Below are positions 52,201 to 64,000 of a DNA stretch of 64,000 nucleotides, in pieces; position 1 is the first letter of the stretch, and every line of letters begins with the position of its first letter. A program made the translations under genes and the position numbers. The notes beneath the pieces are model-generated. The model saw only the letters and a list, made by a program, of their open reading frames with translations, did not search any database and was not told where the DNA came from. Origin of the DNA: Lytechinus pictus (Eukaryota); the NCBI RefSeq assembly GCF_037042905.1, contig NC_087251.1, positions 41,728,001-41,792,000 of the forward strand, given 5' to 3'.

Positions 52201-55200
52201 TCGTATACCACCAACCACGCATTTACAATAACACCAACACCTTGTGCTCATCTTAAGAAGCTGTTTTTGGTAAATGCCTTGAAAGAAAATGAGGGTGATT
52301 ACGAGTAGTCTTTTTGAACGGGGGCTGATTGAATGGATGGGGAAATTGGCTAAACCATAGTTCTTTTGTATTTGATCTTAACATGCTTAATGCTGTTGCA
52401 TTCAACCCCCAAATCGATGTTCAATAAAGGAGGTTGTTCTAGAGAGCACTGTTCCGTGGTGTTAATCTTGACACGTTGTGTATCACGTCCAAGGCTTATC
52501 GCTACCTACTATATCATTGACGATGAAAAAACACATCTCACCCTGAATGACAACCAATTACATCCCCTCAGCTAAAACCCTCCGAAGAAAAGTGATTAGA
52601 TTGTACAACATCCTTAAAAAAAGAAAAGCTGAGCTTGATAAGACCAAACACACCTGTTTTTTACGTTGCGATTACATTCTTACCTGAAGAACGGAATGCT
52701 AAAACCATTTACAACCGTCTAATTTGGTCCAAGCTTTTTCTTGTCGACCATTGACCCCAACGAAATCAAGAAATCGATTTCCCCTAAAAACGAAGCGTTT
52801 TGAATATCAAATCAATTTATTGACTAGTTCTTTTAAATTTCATCAAAATTTAGTGATAATTTTCGCCCTTTCGGCATTTTGAACTAATGTATTTTGAATA
52901 ACAAGATTATTTGACAATATTACATTCATTGATTTCACCAACATGACAGATGATAATAATTGATGTATAATCAGCCTGATGACTGTCTTTCATAACGAAC
53001 AATAATTTTTAAAATATTCCTTTTTACTTTTTAAATGAAATTCACAAGTTAAATACCTCTCTTATGTTTGAACAAAATACTAAAAACATATATGTTTTTT
53101 GGTGCTGAGTGAGAACATAAATTGGTCTATCACAAAAATTCTGGTCACTTTCAATAAAAGGTTAACTATAGATGGAACATGCAGGAAGAAAATCTATGTT
53201 TTGAAGAGAGAGAGAGAGGCCGCCATCAATTACAAGCTTAACCGCTCACGATGGCGGTCTCCTGCGTTCATTAAATTGTGTTAATGTTCCTTTTTTTATT
53301 ATCAAAATGTGAAGTATATGCCCACACCATTTTTTTTCTCCCTTCAAATTATGTATTATGTTTATATTGTATGCATTATGAATCATTTTGTATATTACAA
53401 ACAATATAAATATTTGTGATAATGTATTGTGAACGCAGAAATAACAATAAAACAAACAAACAAAAAGCTCGAAAATTGCAAAAATTATTGCCCAAAAATC
53501 TTTTCACAGACAAACTGACTAATAAGTGATCGATCTTAATCTTCTTTAAAACTACGGCTAAAAAAATGAAACAACCCAGTCAGTTTTTACTAACTTTTTA
53601 GTACATTTAACGAACTTACACACAGTCAGTCAGTTTTGACTAACTTTTTAGTACATTTAACGAACTTACACACAGTCAGTCAGTTTTGACTAACTTTTTA
53701 GTACATTTAACGAACTTACACACACTTGTACAATTTTAGATAAGTTGACACAAGAATTTATGAAAGTGAGTAGAAATCCTGTTAAAAAAATTGGTCAACG
53801 CGATAATTATTTCTTTTTAATTGGCAAAATGTGAGTGCAAATGAGTATCCCATTTGTGATTATCAGTTTCCGTTCAAGCATGTTAATGGTATCGGTCATG
53901 CAGTTTATTATAGTAATGACCTTGATTACAGTTTATTTTATATATTTATTACATTATATTATATTATTAAATTATAGATTTTGTAAAATAAACAAGATTA
54001 TTATGATTCTAGGTAATTTTTAGTCCTAATTTTTACCCTAATCGAATTAATAACTTTAATAGCGCTAGTTACCTGATGTGATGTGAATTTAACTAGTATA
54101 CACGTGACTGGAACACTGGTATTCTTTTATACTCTGCTAACGTTCGCTAATCTGTCATTTTCATTTGGATAACAATATATATTTGTTTTTTTGTCTATTT
54201 TAACCTATTTACTCAATAAGTGTAGCTCATAATCGTCTTTCGCAGGCTTCTTGTGTACTGTATTGTCATGCGAATGGTGATTTTTGGAGAAAATTCTCAT
54301 AGCTTCATAGAGGCTTCTATAAATCTAAGAAAATGAAGCTCATTAAAATGTCATGGCAAGTTTAGAATCCCATCTAATTACCCTCGCTGGGGATAATATA
54401 CAATATATTTTTCGCGACATCATACAGTATTTTGATACACGACAAGACCGTGTGACTCGGAAGACTAATTAATACTATGGATATCTCAATGATAACCCTG
54501 AATAAATAAGACTCAATAAATGAATCGAAATATAAATACATTCTTACCTGAAGAACGGAATGCTAAAACCATTTACAACCGTCTAATTTGGTCCAAGCTT
54601 TTTCTTGTCGACCATTGACCCCAACGAAATCAAGAAATCGATTTCCCCTAAAAACGAAGCGTTTTGAATATCAAATCAATTTATTGACTAGTTCTTTTAA
54701 ATTTCATCAAAATTTAGTGATAATTTTCGCCCTTTCGGCATTTTGAACTAATGTATTTTGAATAACAAGATTATTTGACAATATTACATTCATTGATTTC
54801 ACCAACATGACAGATGATAATAATTGATGTATAATCAGCCTGATGACTGTCTTTCATAACGAACAATAATTTTTAAAATATTCCTTTTTACTTTTTAAAT
54901 GAAATTCACAAGTTAAATACCTCTCTTATGTTTGAACAAAATACTAAAAACATATATGTTTTTTGGTGCTGAGTGAGAACATAAATTGGTCTATCACAAA
55001 AATTCTGGTCACTTTCAATAAAAGGTTAACTATAGATGGAACATGCAGGAAGAAAATCTATGTTTTGAAGAGAGAGAGAGAGAGGCCGCCATCAATTACA
55101 AGCTTAACCGCTCACGATGGCGGTCTCCTGCGTTCATTAAATTGTGTTAATGTTCCTTTTTTTATTATCAAAATGTGAAGTATATGCCCACACCATTTTT

Positions 55201-57803
55201 TTTCTCCCTTCAAATTATGTATTATGTTTATATTGTATGCATTATGAATCATTTTGTATATTACAAACAATATAAATATTTGTGATAATGTATTGTGAAC
55301 GCAGAAATAACAATAAAACAAACAAACAAAAAGCTCGAAAATTGCAAAAATTATTGCCCAAAAATCTTTTCACAGACAAACTGACTAATAAGTGATCGAT
55401 CTTAATCTTCTTTAAAACTACGGCTAAAAAAATGAAACAACCCAGTCAGTTTTTACTAACTTTTTAGTACATTTAACGAACTTACACACAGTCAGTCAGT
55501 TTTGACTAACTTTTTAGTACATTTAACGAACTTACACACAGTCAGTCAGTTTTGACTAACTTTTTAGTACATTTAACGAACTTACACACACTTGTACAAT
55601 TTTAGATAAGTTGACACAAGAATTTATGAAAGTGAGTAGAAATCCTGTTAAAAAAATTGGTCAACGCGATAATTATTTCTTTTTAATTGGCAAAATGTGA
55701 GTGCAAATGAGTATCCCATTTGTGATTATCAGTTTCCGTTCAAGCATGTTAATGGTATCGGTCATGCAGTTTATTATAGTAATGACCTTGATTACAGTTT
55801 ATTTTATATATTTATTACATTATATTATATTATTAAATTATAGATTTTGTAAAATAAACAAGATTATTATGATTCTAGGTAATTTTTAGTCCTAATTTTT
55901 ACCCTAATCGAATTAATAACTTTAATAGCGCTAGTTACCTGATGTGATGTGAATTTAACTAGTATACACGTGACTGGAACACTGGTATTCTTTTATACTC
56001 TGCTAACGTTCGCTAATCTGTCATTTTCATTTGGATAACAATATATATTTGTTTTTTTGTCTATTTTAACCTATTTACTCAATAAGTGTAGCTCATAATC
56101 GTCTTTCGCAGGCTTCTTGTGTACTGTATTGTCATGCGAATGGTGATTTTTGGAGAAAATTCTCATAGCTTCATAGAGGCTTCTATAAATCTAAGAAAAT
56201 GAAGCTCATTAAAATGTCATGGCAAGTTTAGAATCCCATCTAATTACCCTCGCTGGGGATAATATACAATATATTTTTCGCGACATCATACAGTATTTTG
56301 ATACACGACAAGACCGTGTGACTCGGAAGACTAATTAATACTATGGATATCTCAATGATAACCCTGAATAAATAAGACTCAATAAATGAATCGAAAATAA
56401 ATACTATTTGATTTCACAATGTTGCCAACAATGGGTGCCTACACACATTAATGATATTTTTGACAGTCCCATTGATCCAACGCATGGATTGGGTCGTACT
56501 GATTATTTCATTTTAAAAAATCGATAAAATTGCTATTATTGTTTAATAAACATTTTTTTTAAACGAAAGACATGCATAATCTAGTGAATAATTACAAATT
56601 TGCTTCAAATTAAGGGTATACCAAATAATTCGAATCAGACTTTCTAAAGACACACAGGCCATGTATGCGTTGTGATAATTTTTACTAACGGAAATACATG
56701 CATAAATTTTGTATAAAATCTTTAATGATTTTAAATTTCTAAAAGAATAACTATTTACATTACAAACAATACTTTGCCGAACATTAATTTGACTCATTTT
56801 TGTTTTCTTTCGATGTATTACTCATGGAGGAATGGACAGGCGATTCCTTTTGTTTTAGTTGTGTAATTCTATAAGGAGGTGGGATTCTTTTCCGCGTTCT
56901 TTTATCTACATCACGAAACAACAGGGAAATACATGAAGTGATCTTCTCTTTCCTCTTGTGAATTTGCAGTGTTTCAAATTTGTTTAAGGATAAAGTTCCT
57001 AATATGTTTCCCAGTTCTCGAGTACTTAGGCATTTACTAACTTGTACGTTATAATAAAAAAAATCACAATTCCTTATCTCGTGTTTTAAAAAGAATGGAA
57101 CCGTGTTATTAGAGAAAACATACGATCGCATCATAATTTAGATGTTTGATTAGATTGAAATATTTTTTCTCAGTCTGAAATTCTTATTGTAAATGCATAG
57201 ATTTATGGAGTATGGATATGAATAATCAGTTAACAAAATATGCCTTTGTCAAATTGAAAAGCGAATTGATCTGAAAGAACAATAAAGAAAAAGTCTACAC
57301 AACACAAGTTTAAGTAATGATAATACTGGTGCTCATTTTGCTGGTCAACCCTGATGTTTTCGTTTTATATTGACAAATAACATTTTGGGGGGTAATTTTA
57401 CTTAAAAATGTATACACTTACCTAAATGATACTCAGGATGAAGCAGAGGGAAGTGAGGATGAGGAGCTAGCGGTAGATAAGGAGCATGTCGCGGGGGTAG
57501 AGCCGGATAGGGACGGGGCGCTAAAATGTTGTCGATGGTAAAAGACGGAGTTGTCATACTGGTCATGGGACACCCGGTGTAGGGGTTGTAATAGGCCGCC
57601 ATGGCCGGGGAGATCGGCGAGGAGGAGAATGGTAGCTTGACTGAGGAGGCTGAAGAAGTTGGAGTCGCCGGCGGAGACGATGTCGTCGACGATGAGGGTG
57701 GCGATGATGGACTGTGCACGGGATGAGCCAGATTGCCCGATAAAATCGACGCGGCGTTCATTGCAAAACGGCTCTTGGCGACGTCGGGGAGATGATAGTC
57801 CAT
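45773..57803 (-). CDS. gsc: goosecoid, spliced CDS complement(join(45773-46168,49538-49737,57422-57803)), 325 aa, PRD-class K50 homeodomain repressor
   Basis: 382+200+396 = 978 nt, in frame, GT-AG. eh1 motif FTIDNIL; homeodomain [60 protein letters not shown], with K50 and the RRHRTIFT N-terminal arm diagnostic of Gsc. Homeobox intron at the canonical PRD-class position. Confidence 0.96.
48726..48826 (+). mobile_element. tRNA-derived SINE head in gsc intron 2
   Basis: A box TGGTTTAGTGG, B box GGTTCGATCC, then GTCATACCAAAGAC..GGGACC. Confidence 0.75.
49265..49509. mobile_element. CACTG-ended MITE, copy C, 2-bp TSD CA
   Basis: CACTGCAAAAACTCCAGTGTT ... AACACCAGAGTTTTGCAGTG, flanked by CA; inserted in a (CA)n tract. 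Confidence 0.9.
49538..49737 (-). CDS. gsc: goosecoid exon 2 (homeodomain helices 1-2)
   Basis: catcag|CTGCTTAC...GTGGAG|gtatga, 200 nt. Confidence 0.97.
52673..56404. repeat. Near-identical 1.86-kb direct tandem duplication in gsc intron 1 (52673-54536 / 54537-56404)
   Basis: Identical ORF pairs (53246/55112, 53835/55701). The only differences I saw are one extra GA unit and a 1-bp indel; TAC microhomology at the junction. Confidence 0.95.
53577..53724. repeat. 50-bp tandem repeat x3 (duplicated at 55443-55590)
   Basis: GTACATTTAACGAACTTACACA at 53601, 53651 and 53701. Confidence 0.95.
57422..57803 (-). CDS. gsc: goosecoid exon 1 (MDYHLPDV...FTIDNIL...HPEYHL)
   Basis: ATG at 57803; donor CATTTAG|gtaagt at 57421; eh1 at 57542-57522. 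Confidence 0.92.
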
Positions 57804-59954
57804 CACTTAGAGTGACCACTCAGAAATGATAATTATCCAACTCAGATGCTGCTTTCGCGTTATGGTATTGACCTCTCTTGACTAGCAAGACGTGATAAGA
57901 TGAACGAAGGATGAAGAGAGGAGGGAGTTTAGAGCTTCTTCTTGAAGAGACAGTGAGAGAGCATTATGAGGGCATGCGCGCGTGCTGCGACCTAGTTGGA
58001 TTCTGTATTGGGTTTCTCTAGCTTGTAGCTGTTGTTAAAAACCACCAGTCACTACTTAATCTCCCACCAGCAGCTAGCTACCAATAGACACGCATTCAAT
58101 GTCTTGAGAACGATTGTCCACTCGAACCTATTGTTCCCTTCCAGGGCTAACGGCCCAGGACTCTTTGAAACACGTTACTGCTCGCTTAATTGATGTGTTA
58201 TAGAATTAAGGCTGGTCAAAAGTCAATCCCGCTGTGATTTTAATGAAAAGTCATGATGACACTAATCAGAGGTATTCTTGAAAGAATACAAGAGATTATG
58301 GGCCCACTCTTAACTAATATCGACTTTAAATTAGGATGACGAAGTGCCGCATTAAAGTCATTTTATGTTCTATCGTTTAATTCCATGGCATTATGCACTT
58401 GAAATTAAACAGTCTAGAAGACTTAAAAAAAACTCTGAGCTTGGATAAGACTCTGATATACTTTCACTAACAAAAATTGTGAGATGACGGGTCTAACAAT
58501 ACTCGTCATGTTAATACAACTCAGCTCGGGCCAAAAAACCATCATAATTATTTAAGAAAATATTTTATAACAAGAATCAAATGGTCATCAGTGTGTTCTC
58601 TTTGACATGATATTTCATATATAATGCATCTCGCCACCAAGCCTCTCATCACGCGTATTTGATTTTGTTTCGCCTAATCAAATAGAATTAATTAAATATT
58701 ATAAAGTAAAATGGTATTCCTGCCTATAATTCATATTGATAATTGGTTTTTTTTAATGCTAAATGCTGTGCAAAAATATCTGAAAAGTATGAATAAGTAT
58801 ATAAAGAGAAGACATTAAGTTACATTTTGCTGATTGAACAAGAGTAGACATCACAAACCAGGGGCCGCTTGAGTAACTATTTTTTTTTTGTAAGGTATCG
58901 TTCAATAATTATGTAAGTATTTCATTTCTTTACCCTCAAATCTGTTGTTATTAGGATCATAATTATACAGTCTGACATCGGCTAGACGGGAAGCCATCTT
59001 CAAACATATATCTATATATGTAAAGGAAATATGAAATGACAAGAGGCGAGATGGACAAATAAGAACAAAATGATAGAAAGAAAAACTTAGCAATCACTCA
59101 ACCTTTCCTCTTCTCTCTCTCCTCCATTTTGCGTTCTCACTATTCGGCTTAAAATTATTTTCCCTTCATTTTGCATTCTCACTATTCGGCGTAACATTAT
59201 TTTCCTTCATTAAATTATCAAATTAGAGTCGAAAGATGTATTATGGGCATGAATAGAAGCTATCTTTAAAAAAATCTTTCTATAACGAAAAAAAATATTT
59301 CTATTTTTATCATGATAAATATAATTTACTTACATTTCCATTGGGGCCGTCCGAAAGCTAATAAACGTCGGATTATCAGAGCAGTTATTGAAATCATTCA
59401 CTCTGGAAAACCAACAGTGGCCCCATGATTAAGCCTTGTGGCATACCTTATTTGATACTTAAATATTTCTTTGATATTTGTTCTAATATTGTTTTTCGTT
59501 CTCGTAAGGTGGTCGTGGTGGCAGTATCTTACCCGTCTCTGGATGTAAAAGCGGTATGTGCAAATCGTCGTTAGATGTGAACATGTTATTACCATACAGC
59601 TTGAGTTAAAGCCTTATTCATTTTCATTTTCCTCTTCTGTAGAACATTCCATAAAATGAATTCAATTTATTCATATAGAGTGAACAACAGGGATTATGTG
59701 GTATATCACACTTTATCGTGTAGGTAAAATATGTCCTTTTAAACTATAAACAGGTAATTGTAATATTTTTTATTCATGGCACAGATTAGTAGAGGACAGT
59801 AAACTATTTTGGTGTTTATTGTTATCATTGCGAAAAAATAGGATATTCCTCAAAATCCATATAGGGTTATAAGAAAAGACATTAACTGAACATTTATCTA
59901 ATGAAAATGATGTTCAGATATAATTGGTAAAACACAGCACTAAATTAAGTTTAA

Positions 59955-60503
59955 AAGAAAATGAAACATCTGAAACAAGACGGCTTGTGTGGAAACAGAA
60001 AAATAAAAAAAAACAGATCAACGAAAGTTTGAGAAAAATTGAATGAATAATAAGAAAGTCATGAGCATTTGAAGTTTTGTCGATCCTCCAATGGGCAATG
60101 CAACAAAGATGTGTGATGTCACATGTGAACAACTTTCCAATTGTTTTATTATTTATTTCACTTAAAATGCCTCTTTTATCACATCTATCAGTATCATGAA
60201 TCACCATGTATTCTTTCTATAGGAGGGCATGTAACACAGATTTTCATAGAATATATTATGGATAAAGAGTTTGTATCACCATAAGAAAGAGCAAAAAGAG
60301 AGATTTTTGGATATTTTATAGTCCATCAAAGGGAAAATTGTCGCATTGCCAATAGGAGGATCTCCATAACATTAGTGATCGCAATATTCAAATGCTCATA
60401 ATTTTCTAATTATTTGTCCGATTTTTCTCAAACTTTCTTTGATTTTATTCTGTGATTTTTCTCTTTCCACACAAGCCCACTTGTTCCAAAGTTTCATTCC
60501 CCT
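59955..60503. mobile_element. Kolobok-like long-TIR MITE flanked by TTAA
   Basis: TTAA at 59951-59954 and 60504-60507; imperfect inverted arms of about 120 bp (GGCTTGTGTGGAAA..GAAAGTTTGAGAAAAAT..ATGAGCATTTGAA). Confidence 0.7.
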
Positions 60504-60877
60504 TTAATGAAAATGGAAACAAAACTAAGGTAAAGTTTTTTATAATAAAAATAATATGCACAATATAGCGCTTCATACTTTCTAAATGCAAAGGAGCCAA
60601 TCTGTCCCCTAATCACACTCCTCTCATAGTGATATGAGGTACCGGTCCTGCATTGGAGTGAATTTTCACCTCTTTTAGAGTGAAATTGTAAAAAAAAAAA
60701 AGATATTTCACTCCAAAAAAAAGGCAAAGCCCACTCTTGAAAGACCAAAATCTCTCTCCATCAGGATTGGGTCCTCATATCACTCTGAGAGGAGAGTGAT
60801 TAGGTAGCAGACTAGCTCCTTTGCATTTTGTTAGTGATGTTTCGCTTTCATAATGTCTCTAAGCACATCTCTAATCA

Positions 60878-62069
60878 CACTGCAAAAATTCTGGTTTTGA
60901 TTTAACACCAGCCCGGAATCTACACACAAAAAACGAGAACTATTTTCCATGAGTAAAATTGTTTTTTACATAAAGAATTAAGTGCAAAAATTCGTAACGT
61001 GTGTGTTTTTACTCGAGAATCTGGGTTTCTGTTACACCTGATCTTTTTTTCAAGGACATTACTTATTAACTACTTTTCTTGAGTATCCCTGTCAGTGAAA
61101 GTATGTAAAACAATCCGTACAAATGAGTTTTTCTTCAAGTTTGTAAGGTATGATAGCAGAACGGGTGAAAAAACTCACAGCCAGGTAAAGCGATAATCTG
61201 ACGATTAACTGCGCTGAGAAAATGAGTAGTATATGACTCTTGTATGTGAGTTTTGGGGTGTTGAGATCATGCATCCAAGTGATTTTACTCGGATCTCGCG
61301 TTAATTGCTTGCGCACACACGTGATACCGGCCAAATGTGCAGAGCATGAAGACTTTTCTGGTAAGTTCTACATGTCTTTTTTATTAATTTTCCCCCTTTT
61401 CTTCTATAATTACTTTTCTTGACAATAATAGCTTAGACCTACATGTATGGGGCAAACATAAATGCTATTTATGGTGACAACAGGGTGCATTGATCTACAT
61501 TCTCATCCATCCGAGGCTCACGCCTTTCGGTTTGGGTCAGTAACTCAACTGATTAGTTTTCATGAGGTGTTTTCCAACACCTCATAAAAACTAATCAAGT
61601 GTGTAATATGCTCACATACTCAAAAAGTCAGTAAATATACTTTAAACATACTCATTACACTGGGTTAAGTTACTCATTAGATTGAGTTATTCAAATTTAC
61701 TCACTTGATGTGTCACTATAGTGTCAAATGAAATATACTCGACAAGATGAGTTTTCAAAGTACCTTCATTGAGTGAAAGTACTCATCAAAGTATGTCGCT
61801 ATAGTGTCAAAATTATTTTGACATTTGAGTACGATTACTAACACATGCAAGTTTCTGTTTTTTGTGTGTATATATGTCCACACCAGAAAAGTGTTAAACA
61901 ACACCAGTTTCGTTTTGGTCTAACATCAGATAGGCGTTTATACAACACCAATTAGTATCAAAACAGCATCGGTTTGATTCCAAACTGGTGTTGTTTCAAT
62001 ACTTCTCTGGTGTGGATATATATAGATTCCGGGCTGGTGTTAAATCAACACCGGAGTTTTTTGGCAGTG
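60878..62069. mobile_element. CACTG-ended MITE, copy D (TSD CA), split by a nested element
   Basis: Left part 60878-60922 and right part 61869-62069 rejoin to match copies B and C. Confidence 0.9.
60923..61868. mobile_element. 946-bp CAC...GTG TIR element with TA TSD, nested in MITE copy D
   Basis: TIR CACACAAAAAAC / GTTTTTTGTGTG; TA on both flanks; many subterminal TACTCA/TGAGTA motifs. Confidence 0.85.
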
Positions 62070-62994
62070 CAGACACTCAAGCATTCAACTGATTACTTCC
62101 TACCGGGTAACCATGTCTTACACATGGGTGGAGAATCATAAATGTATAAATAAACATATCGATCAGGATATACATATTTTAATGTATACCCCCAATTAAA
62201 TATTTATTGTCTGACGTTATATGCTCTCACGCCTACACCAAAGCATTAGAAATATGTTTTTCTTATTATTTGCTTTATTCCAACACCCTTATACTTTCTT
62301 CTCCCCCATTTTATAGCGGAAATACGAGAGCGATGATCGCTAACTGTATTTGGTAAACGCAAATAAACAAAGTACTCTACTTTTAAACCAATTTGCAATC
62401 TGTTTGCTCATCACAAAATGTAGTATTGGTAAAGACAGAAAATCCTATTTATTCGTTGGAAGGTCGACGTAGGGGAGGTATTTTGCACGCAACAATAGAG
62501 GCAAAGTTTGAGGAGCGAAGGCTTAACAGTTTCAACGACTTTTCTCTATTCTGCATGCTTTTGTTTCGCTCGATCGTTTCATTTCCACCTTTTGGGGGTC
62601 TTTTATGGAAGGCGTTTATGGGAGTGACAGTGGTATCATTATGTACAGTAGAGATTACACAATTAGTAGATGAGCTTGTTCTGTATATCCCACCCGTTAT
62701 TACCTTTCAAAAAGATTTTTAAAAATACCCTACAATCTCAGAAGAATGGTTTGGTCAAAAGAGCACAACTTTGACGAAAAATTACCACCTTGAAGAATGA
62801 ACCCTAATGAACGAGATTAAAAGTTTCCCTCCTTATATTGGTCTTATACACATGTAAGTATGTTGATGGGTTTTTGTTGAATAGCTAGCAATCAGTAGTA
62901 GTAATGGGTATTTGGGGTTAAAAATCATATCAAGAATAAACCGAGGATAAATCACTGACACCTGTGAAGAATTAATGAATCTTTGTTTCTATAA

Positions 62995-63794
62995 CAATCA
63001 AGTCCACTCAAACAGCAAGTTGTATGAATAGAGAACATTATGAAAAAAAAGAGATGAACAAAATCGGATTTGAAATAAGAATAAGTTCTGAAATTCAATA
63101 TTTGCATAATTTCACCAAACAGTCAGGTCCCTCGGATAGGACCTATAAGCCTTCTGTCCTCTGGTTTCTTGGTTGCGGGAATTCATTCTCTCTTATAGCA
63201 ATCAGTCCAAAAAAATCATCATAGCGAAATAAATAGATAAATAGAGTAAAATTTACCGAGCAAAATATTGACGATGCATCGAAATCTGATAACAAATAAT
63301 GAAGTTATTGGATTTCAAAGTTACTCATATAAATATACATTTATATGCATATCGTCATGAATATTCATAAGGTGGACTGATGATGTCATGTACCCACTTT
63401 CCTTTTTCATATGAAATCCTATAATTATTTCACATTTGCATACATGTGTGTGTATCCCTTATAATAAAATAATTTTCGTCAATGAATATCTAATGCATTA
63501 AATCAGTTGTTAATCAAATTCTTATAATTCATGAAGGAAAAAAATTGAATAAATATAATCTAATTTAATAAAATACGAAATAACAAGTGGGGATATGACA
63601 TCATCAATTTGCTCATTGAATATTCGTGAAGAAATGCATACCATTCATACAGAACTGTTTCATCGAAATTTTGCGAATCTTTAACATGTCATAACTTTGT
63701 TATACCTGTCCAATTTTGTTCAAATTTGGAATGTTTTGTTTGTCTGAGTTTCTTTATATCTTCAAATCCCATCAGTTCAGCGCTGGGTACCCCT
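62995..63794. mobile_element. Degenerate Kolobok-like element
   Basis: Right end GGGTACCCCT-TTAA; internal inverted blocks (AAATCTGATAACAAATAATGAAGTTATT vs CATAACTTTGTTATACCTGTCCAATTTT); left end unclear. Confidence 0.45.
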
Positions 63795-64000
63795 TTAATG
63801 AATCAGATAATTTCGTCGTTAGCCTGTAAGAATACCCCGAAATGGGGAATATTATTAATAAACTACGTAAAAAATACAGAAGACGTGCGTCGTGAGATTT
63901 TTAATTATGATGAAATTGATGATAACCCCACTAGAGTCAATTTCCATGAAAACGATGAAATAAGAGCTACTGCTTTAATCGCCTAAGCGAGATTAAGCAA

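Noticed and set aside
53099..55889. Duplicated small genes (identical ORF pairs)
   Set aside because: AT-rich chance ORFs repeated by the intronic tandem duplication.
57433..57819. 128-aa alternative-frame ORF overlapping gsc exon 1
   Set aside because: GTG start in a GC-rich exon; such an open frame is expected by chance and has no motif support.
59126..59211. About 41-bp imperfect direct repeat x2 upstream of gsc
   Set aside because: Simple local slippage duplication with no recognisable motif.

Overview
AT-rich, intron-containing animal genomic DNA, almost certainly a sea urchin (inferred from the goosecoid protein and the repeat families; genus not determinable here). Two convergent genes can be assembled by hand with GT-AG junctions: a calmodulin on + (6 constitutive coding exons, 6697-18322, 149 aa, invertebrate type ending EFVTMMTSK) and goosecoid on - (3 exons, 57803-45773, 325 aa, eh1 motif FTIDNIL, K50 homeodomain). 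The rest is mostly non-autonomous DNA transposons (hAT-like with 8-bp TSDs, CACTG/EnSpm-like with 2-bp TSDs, Harbinger-like, Kolobok-like, a Helentron-associated satellite carrier), tRNA-derived SINEs, one decayed CR1/L2-group LINE, mini/microsatellites and a near-perfect 1.86-kb tandem duplication in gsc intron 1. The best signal is missed by the ORF track: a 21-nt in-frame microexon (9511-9531, SQELTIN) in calmodulin intron 1. It has a long AG-free polypyrimidine zone, a UGC near the acceptor and upstream UGCAUG motifs, suggesting a splice-regulated, N-terminally extended 156-aa calmodulin. Also notable: calmodulin intron 4 lies 20 nt away from the vertebrate position, 8 TAGATCTA palindromes cluster just inside intron 1, and calmodulin is adjacent to gsc. 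No prokaryotic-type system or CRISPR array is present.
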